Positions 54,460-64,000 of a DNA stretch of 64,000 nucleotides are shown here, piece by piece. The notes under the pieces are model-generated. The model was not told where the DNA came from. It saw nothing but the letters and a program-made list of their open reading frames with translations, and searched no databases. Origin of the DNA: Octopus vulgaris (Eukaryota); assembly GCA_951406725.2 (NCBI GenBank), contig OX597818.1, forward strand, positions 111,538,001 through 111,602,000. The letters run 5' to 3'. Position 1 is the first letter of the stretch. The number at the start of each line of letters is the position of its first letter. Position numbers and translations under genes: made by a program.

Positions 54460-54840
54460 TTAGGTCTGTTGAAGAGAGCGCAAGTTAGGTGGGCAGGCCA
54501 CCTTGTTCGAATGCCTGACACGTGGCTCCCCAAAGTGGACAGAAAAAGCGCTTCAAGGACGGACTCAGAACTTCACCTGGGAAACGCAGCACATGACCGC
54601 CCTGGCTGGCAAAGCTGCACCAAGAAGGGTGCCACCGCTTACGAACAGAACAAAGGTGTAAAAGAAACGTGAACTACGCAAATCCAGAGCTAACTGCCTT
54701 CCTTCAGTTCCAGCAGTCTACCATTCCTTAACCTGCGGCACAGTATTCCGAGCACGCATCACAATGGCCCGATACGCCCTGCCCCGGCTTCTTCTCCCAT
54801 CTGATATTCTTGGTTATCGTCGACAATGACGAACGAACTA
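54460..54840 (+). mobile_element. RTE/BovB-like LINE 3' fragment
   Basis: AQVRWAGHLVRMPD..LPK, KRFKD, AHDRPGW...KG, terminal TCG.VFRARI. Confidence 0.85.
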
Positions 54841-55440
54841 ATATTAGGTAATAATAACATACCTCCAAGCAACATCATCACCAACAACTAAAAACTACCC
54901 AAATATTTCCATGTTAGAATGAGCGACTGTCGATCTTGGGTTGAAAGAATTTATCGATTAACAATAAATATTCGCTGTTCTTTCCGGAATGTTACACGTG
55001 CATCAATGAATTCTGATGCTGGACTTTTGATACTAAAAGTCTTGTGACGAACGTGTAAATTTGTGAAAGCTACTTCTTATGTTATATTAAGAATTGACTA
55101 TTTGGTCTTAGTTTACTCTCTAGGTGAAAGTCAATTATAGCTGCCCTTAGGAATATCTCATGACCCAGTCTAATTAATTTTCCCGGTCGTTGCAGTCTGT
55201 CCGTACGAAAGCTTCTGTTTAAAACTGTGTGTTCTTAGTGTTTGTCTTGTCACTTTTGTTACACTTGTAAAGGAAATTGTAATTATATTAATGCAATCCT
55301 TCTTCCTTCTCGATATGTTACGCATACATAAACATCTCGATATATAAATACAAGAGTGAGCGAGGATCTGCGTATTTCTGTGTTTGACGAACTTTGTGTG
55401 CGTTTATCTGGCTTTGGATGTGAACGGTTATCTGACTTTC

Positions 55441-55592
55441 CATGTATGTATGTATGTATGTATGTATGTATGTATGTATGTATGTATGTATGTATGTATG
55501 TATGTATGTATGTATGTATGTATGTATGTATGTATGTATGTATATGTATGTATGTATGTACGTATGTATGTAATTGTATATATGTATGTATG

Positions 55593-55626
<34 letters not shown>

Positions 55627-55746
55627 TGTATGTATGTATGTATGTGTGCATGTATGTATGTATATATATATATATATGTATGTATGTATATGTATGTATG
55701 TATGTATGTATGTGTATGTATGTATGTATATATGTATGTATGTATG

Positions 55747-55777
<31 letters not shown>

Positions 55778-55898
55778 ATGTATGTATGTTATTGTATATA
55801 TGTATGTATGTATGTATGTGTGTATGCATGTATGTATGTATGTAGGTATGTATGTATGCATGTGTGCATGTATGTATGTATATATATATGTATGTATG

Positions 55899-55930
<32 letters not shown>

Positions 55931-56025
55931 TGTATGTATGTATGTATGTATGTATGTATGTATGTATGTATATATGTATGTATGTATGTACGTATGTATG
56001 TATGTATATATGTATGTATGTATGC
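55441..56025. repeat. (TATG)n array
   Basis: Direct reading. Confidence 0.95.
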
Positions 56026-56604
56026 GTTTGTTCATATATCTCTGTGTATATTGAAGTATACAAATATTGTGACCCGAACAATATTTGTCGTACAATAATC
56101 ACACGGAACAAAGTCAATTTTACACAATTGAACACTAAATCACAATTCGAATCACGTTCTTTAGGTAATTATATGTAAAATATATAACAACTGCAAATAT
56201 TTGAAAGCGCACGGTTCCAAAGCAATGTCAACTCTTTATAGCAGGATTTGCGTTGCCTGCGTAAGATGAAGGCAAGTGTTGTATGTGTTGCTAAAATGAG
56301 AAATATAATTGATACGTTCATTGATTATCGTGGTCACATGACGATTCCTCTCAACATTTGTTGGATAGTGTTAATGAAAAGTTTGAAGTAATTCTCCCAC
56401 TGGAATCGAATGAAATTTCAGGAAACAATATGAGGTCGATCATAACCATATTTACGAGAACACAGAACAAGTAGGCAAATATATGATCACAACCTTCGTT
56501 TAGACATAAATATGGAGGATTTTATAGATATATAAACTCTTACAAGTTTCATAGTTGCTTGCAGTAATAAGAAATTATACGTGAATACAAACGTGCAAAT
56601 ACAT

Positions 56605-56627
56605 CTACACACACACACACATACACA

Positions 56628-56672
<45 letters not shown>

Positions 56673-56850
56673 ACACACTTACACACAAACTCGCTCTTTC
56701 TCTCTCTCCTTCTCTCACACACGCACAAATATATATTCAATCATATATGGCTGCGTGTATGTGCGCGTTGGTGTATCTGCACATATATGTCTGTGTATAT
56801 ATACACACACAAACACACACACACACATACACACACACATACACACACAC

Positions 56851-56916
<66 letters not shown>

Positions 56917-56968
56917 ATGTATATATGTATACAAACGTGCACACATACATATATGTGTACGTACGTGG

Positions 56969-57010
<42 letters not shown>

Positions 57011-57110
57011 TATATACATATACACATGTGTGTGTACGTATATATACATATATATATACATACATATACATACATATATATATATATATATATACACGTA
57101 CATACATTAC
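56605..57110. repeat. Compound CA/TA/TG microsatellite region
   Basis: Direct reading. Confidence 0.9.
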
Positions 57111-57691
57111 ATGAGTTCATAATACAGACTTACATATACAACTTTGCTTACGGCACACCTTTATAAATATACACATCTATAAATATATATATAATTCACT
57201 TACCTTATCTTTCGCCTGAGTTCAAACAAGTGGTTTATCACCCTTGTTGAACACTCTTCACACAGAGACCAATTCTAAGAATCCCTGAAAAATAACAAAC
57301 GATGGAAACATTGTTAGTAAACGGTCGCAATATTTAATTTGAGAGATAAGGCAACACGACTGTTTATTATGATCTGTGTACTTTGACAACGCAAACATAA
57401 ATAACGGACCGTATATGTGCGTGTGTATTATAAGACTATGAATGTGTGTGTGTGTGTATTATAAGTCTATGAATGTGTGTGTGTGTGTGTATCATAAGTC
57501 TATGAATGTGTCCAAATGTGTGTGTGTTATTTGGTGTTTGTTTATCAAAAGAGGAAGCAAACACTTGCTTTAGCTTCCTGTAGCAAACTAGAAGCAAAGG
57601 CACACACACACACACACACACGCCCGCGTGTGTGTGTATGCGAGTGTATATAATTGTACGTATGTTGCATGCGTGTGTATATACGTATGTA

Positions 57692-57905
57692 CCTTTTACT
57701 TTTTACTTGTTCTAGCCATTACACTACGGCCAAGCTGTGGCACAAGCTTTAAGAGTTTTTAGTCGGTGAATCAACTTAATGAATCGATGTTTCGTTTTTT
57801 AAAAGCCTGGTACTTGTTCTATCAGTGTATTTGGTCGAACTGCTAAGTTACGGGGACGTGAACACACCAGCAGCGATTATCAAGCGGTGCTGCGGGACAA
57901 ACAGA

Positions 57906-57945
<40 letters not shown>

Positions 57946-58112
57946 CACACACACTCACGCGCACACATACATACGACGGGCTTCTTTCAGTTTCCATATA
58001 ACAAGTCCACTCGCAAGGCTTCGGTAGACCAAGGCTAGAACAGAGGGCACTTGCCCAAGGTGCCACGCCGTGGGACTGAACCCGGATGCGAACCATAGTC
58101 ACACTTGCGCCT
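57692..58112 (-). mobile_element. SINE family B (head partly deleted)
   Basis: Consensus match. Confidence 0.85.
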
Positions 58113-58852
58113 ATATGTGTATATATATATGCATACTTACGTTTGAAAATAATATAAATCTACACAAAATTCAGTTGATATTAAAAAAAGGATAAAGATG
58201 ATGAGAGTATATCATAATTCCTGAATTGGAATTTGAACTCGTACCTGAAAAAAATTATTTTTATCTCTAGTTTTAAAATGTCAATAAAAACACACAATTC
58301 ACTTCTTTCTCTCTCGGTATGTTCCTGGTTTAAAATGAAGGTAATTATATCAGTCAACTCATTCAATATAATATAATTGACTAAATAACTACCTTGTTTC
58401 TACTATTTCTCTATTCCGATGACGTATGAAATAACGAAACGACCTATAAATGTAGGATAAATATTAAATACACGGTTTGTGCTTAAAAGTAAGCATACAT
58501 TTATGAAAAATAAAACATACAATACTCATATATGTTTATCAAAAAGATTAAAAGTTACGGTAAAATTATTATTATAGTTATGATAAATGTATTATTATGA
58601 TTAATGACACTGAAAGTATCAAAGATGAGGTTGATTTTTAATTTTTTTGATAAAAGTAAATGAGTATTTTAGGCGTTTTTTTAAAAAATCATAGCTGCAT
58701 ACCTACTTTTGCACCACGCCTTGTATATTCAGAGTTCATAACGAAGCATAAAAAGTTTTTCGCATTCTTTCTTTGTCACGATTAATGGCAGAAACAATGT
58801 TGAGGAACAAAAATATGTTATGAACAGTTGGGATTCACTTTCATTTGCTCAA

Positions 58853-58971
<119 letters not shown>

Positions 58972-58999
58972 TGTGTGTGTGTGTGTATGTGTAATATTG

Positions 59000-59215
59000 T
59001 CTCTGTATGTGTCCTTGTGTTTGTGCTTGTTTCCCATTACAGCTTGACAACGGGCGTTGGTGTGTTTATGTCCTTGTAACTTAGCGGTTCGGCAAAAGAC
59101 ACTGATCGAATAGATGCTAAGCTTAAATATTAAGTCTGAGAGTCGATTTGTTCGACCAGAAACCTTGAGGGTGATGCTCCAGTATGGCCGCAGTCAAATG
59201 ACTGAAACAAGTCGG
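59000..59215 (+). mobile_element. SINE family B 3' part
   Basis: gcttgacaac...acttagcggttcggcaaaag...ggccgcagtcaaatgactgaaacaag. Confidence 0.85.
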
Positions 59216-59981
59216 AGAGTATCTATGTTACAGAGCTGTGTCAATTCCTGTTTATTTGTTTTCTCTTTCTTTTCCTTCGCTTATCTTTCTCATTTGAAAT
59301 GAAGACAATTCTTTCAATGCTCTGCTTGGATACAATATAATTAAATAATTGACTCTCTTTTGTTCAGCTATTCTATATTAACGAGATATAAGCTACGGAA
59401 GCGGGCTGTCTATTGATAACAGTTAAATATTAAATCTAGAGTATTTAGAGACTGTTTTTAGGAACGATAATTTTGGAAACCAAACGAAACTATTGGCTGG
59501 AACTGTAAAAAGACTAAGGACTAGGCAGAGACACATACATGCATGCATACATACATACATACATACATACATACATACATACATACATACATACATACAT
59601 ACATACATACATACATACATACATACATGCATACATGCATGCATGCATGCATGCATACATACATACATGCATGCATGCATACATACATACATACATACAT
59701 ACATACATGTATGTGTACCTGCTTACATACATATGTACACACGCTCACGCTATTATTGAAAAGTCAGAATGAGTGCTCAACACCGTATTGGCGGATAAAT
59801 ATTATCTTATTTGCGGGGGTTAAACAAGGCTGCCAGTAGTTTCATGCACTAAGAGTCTCTTAACAATTGTCAAGTTTGCCACATAGGAACGTTGGTACTC
59901 GTCTCCAAAATGAAGACAAGTACCAACGTTATCATATAGGAAACCACTGGTATACCTGTTAATCCGCAACATATATATATA

Positions 59982-60575
<594 letters not shown>

Positions 60576-60576
60576 G

Positions 60577-60700
60577 GGAGAGTTTACGAAAAAAACAAAA
60601 GACGAAGACAGGTGGTGCACAAAACAAACAGATGTATTAGTATAACGCTCAGGAATAAAAAAAAGTCTTCTACATTTCGAGCCTACGCTCTTCTACAGAC
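60577..60700 (-). mobile_element. Hammerhead-bearing repeat, same family as 24020-24172
   Basis: Minus strand CTGTAGA-a-GAGC gtag GCTC-GAAA-tgta-gaagac...cctgagcg...cacctgtcttcgtcttttg, ending at (TA)n. Confidence 0.7.
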
Positions 60701-60897
60701 ACACACACATATATATAAATATATTTGAAAAAATGAGTAGAGCTGGCTTTTGGGGGCGATTTCCATTTTACTGATAATGTTTACAGTGAGTGACTCTGGC
60801 ATGAGTTTCAAGCTGCAAGCAACCGTTTTCAATGTGATAAATGTGTTTTACTGGTTGCTTACATAACAAAAAAAAATTTCATTCAAGCATACATGCG

Positions 60898-60937
<40 letters not shown>

Positions 60938-61576
60938 GCACACAAAATGGAAAAGTATATAGAGAGAATAAAAAAGCATGCTTGTATACACATAATTTCA
61001 CATGCGGCCTAATCGATTTATTCGCTCACTCACACAAATAAAACAGATAAGAACGCGCCAACATTTCCAAAGGCTGAACCAGTTTTATACATAAGTATAA
61101 AATAAATAGTCGCAAGCCACCACTTTCTGTCGTTGCTGTTGAGTTCCATAGGAATCGTGATTGTGAAATCGTATATTCAAGGTATTCTAGCAGTCTGAGG
61201 ATGTGTACTTTGTTTTTGAAGAAAACGTGATTTGAGCGAGATTTCATTGGTGGTTCTCGCAGGTCGAGTGACTGTTCATTAGCTCGGTCGTGTATTCATA
61301 CCAGGTTTGCATGATTATACGTATTTCATCTTACTTAACGAGGCCGCCCAAAATAGAATGGTTTTCGCTGCCGACAGAATCAAGGTTTGTATATTACTAC
61401 AACCACCACCTATGGAATATATTTCAATATGTAAATCGAAATGATTTATATTCATTTCAATAAAGTCGGGTTAAGAATAGTTTCCATTTCCTGCTGGTGG
61501 AAGGGAGGCAGTTACCCTCTGGACATAGTGGACTACACTAAAATAATTTACGAGCTAACGGCCGAAGGTTAGTAGG

Positions 61577-61995
61577 CAGAGCCGGATTAAGGACCATAGC
61601 AGCCATAAGCATTTCAAAGGGTTCGGTTCTCCCATATGTGTGTAATTCAAAATATAAATAAGTATAAGCCATAAAGTATTTTTTTTTATTTTTGAAAAGG
61701 AAATAAAACTAAACAGGAAACATTTATTTTTGTATAAAATTCCACTTTATTTATACATGAAACGCTTTTTCCTATTTCTTTTTCAGTTGCAAAGTCCTTG
61801 ATCAGATCCTCGTTATGAGACCATAAACACTTCGAAATTATATTTCCGATCATATAAACCACTTTGTGTATTATTTTAGCAAGTTTAAAGTGAATTCATT
61901 TGTGTTATAAACCATTTACCATTTTTGTGGTGCCGCCCGCTTCCTTTGATGCCGTAAGCACATGTTTATTTTACTTAATGGCCAATCCCGCGCCG
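61577..61995. mobile_element. hAT-type MITE
   Basis: TIRs cagagccggatt / aatcccgcgccg (degenerate); TSD ttagtagg / taagtagg. Confidence 0.65.
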
Positions 61996-62074
61996 TAAGT
62001 AGGGCAACGCATTCGCTCCACCCTACATATGCAAGAACGGTAATCTGAATACCTGCACTTGATCACCGTTTAGT

Positions 62075-62505
62075 AAAATATCCTGGCATTAATCAGTAAG
62101 ACCTTTGTCAGCCGCTCTCCGGCTATCAATTTAAAATTGTATACGGCAATGGTACGTCCACACTTAGAATTTGCATCACTAGTTTGAAACCCATGTTTTG
62201 CTCAGCATATCAGTCTCCTGGAAACTGTTGAGAAGCGTACAACAAAACGAATACCCGCCATCATGCATCAAGTCTGAACGTCTTGCTACCCAGGGCATGA
62301 ACACATTAGAGCTCAGGCGCCTGGAAACTGACTTGGTAGACACCCACAAGATTATCCATCATCTTTCCAACAACAATCTTGGGCACTCTTTTGAATTCCA
62401 TATGTCGAACACTCGTGGACACGTTCATAAAATCAAAAGACATCACAGCACCCAAGACTTTCGGAAACATTTTTTTACGCTCAGAATTGTTGAAGCCTGC
62501 ATCTA
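62075..62505 (+). mobile_element. CR1-clade LINE ORF2 3' fragment
   Basis: LYTAMVRPHLEFASLV*NP...LLETVEKRTTK...ERLA...TLELRRL..DL...HKII...TRGH..KI.....DFRKHFF..RIV. Confidence 0.88.
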
Positions 62506-62898
62506 GTTATTTGTCGAGACATTATTGCTGCAAACCTTTCATGCTATCAGGTGTACACTGTTGTCCTTTTTTTCTTTCAGATGTATCTATGAACCAACAG
62601 AAATCAAAACCAAGGATTCGTGTTCGCATGACAATGTACACCTGACGGCTTTTTTTTCTTTCTCAGTTATAGTACACCTGAGAATTGTATACAATAATTT
62701 CTTTCAGATGTGTCTATGAACAACGACGGAAAGCAAGACCATGGATTCATGCTCTCACGATAGCCTTCCTATACCAGAAAAAATGGCGTTGGGCCTTCGC
62801 TAGACTTACTTCTCAAAGACCCTCTTCTCCTCCTCATTGGACGAAAATACCAGTCTATCCTAAAGGTAACACCTCCAAGCCATTAGCAGCTACACCTA

Positions 62899-63308
<410 letters not shown>

Positions 63309-63479
63309 AGTGGATTAGAGCAAGAGGAAATTAAGTGCATCGTCCACGGACACGATATACTACCCTGTCCGGGAATCGAACTTAGGACTTTATAATCATA
63401 AAGCTGCCACCTTAAAATCTAGGCTACGTACTCTCACACTCGAATAATAAAATTCGTAAAATAAATTTGTGTGTCCTGA

Positions 63480-64000
63480 GTATGTATGTATGTATGCATG
63501 TATGTATGTATGTATGTATGTATGTATGTATGTATGTATGCATGTATGTATGTATTTATGTATGTATTTATGTGTGTATGTGTGTATGTGTATGTGTGTG
63601 TATATATGTATGCATGAATGTATGTATGTGTGTGTATATGTATGCATGTATGTGTGTATGCATGTGTGTATGTATTTATGTATGTATGCATGTTTATAAG
63701 TGTGTGTATTATGTATATATATATGTGTGTATATGTATGTACGTATGTTTATGTATGGCTGTATATCTGTGTATGTATGGATGCATGTATGTATATATGT
63801 ATGTATGTGTGTATATATGTATGTGCATGTATGTATGCATGAATATATGCATGATGTGTGTGTATGTATGTATGTATATATGTATGTGTGTATATATATG
63901 CCTGAATGTATATATGATGTGTGTGTATAAATTTATGTATGTATATATGTATGTAGGTGTGTGTCTATGTATGGCTGTATATATGTATGTATGTATGCAT
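63480..64000. repeat. Imperfect (TATG/TGTA)n array
   Basis: Direct reading. Confidence 0.92.

Overview
AT-rich eukaryotic (animal) non-coding DNA, most likely intronic or intergenic sequence from an octopus or other coleoid cephalopod. The taxon is inferred from the tRNA-headed SINE families and very dense microsatellites. I recognise no intact host gene, and almost all listed ORFs are microsatellite artefacts. The window is a mosaic of three or more SINE families (about 35 copies), decayed LINEs (R4/Dong, CRE-like, RTE, CR1), hAT-type MITEs with 8-bp target site duplications, two non-autonomous Helitrons, a deleted tRNA-Gly fragment and long microsatellites. The most interesting signal is about ten hammerhead-ribozyme-like motifs from several distinct short non-coding elements, most of them in or next to (TA)n/(TACA)n tracts. 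The best is a 429-bp terminally redundant unit at 59982-60472 that resembles a retrozyme or Penelope pseudo-LTR derived from a circular RNA. Other oddities are an 85-bp inverted templated insertion at a ribozyme cleavage site, SINE concatemers sharing one junction, three stacked (TAA)n-tailed elements, and one candidate signal-peptide exon. All calls come from reading by eye; no database search or folding was run.
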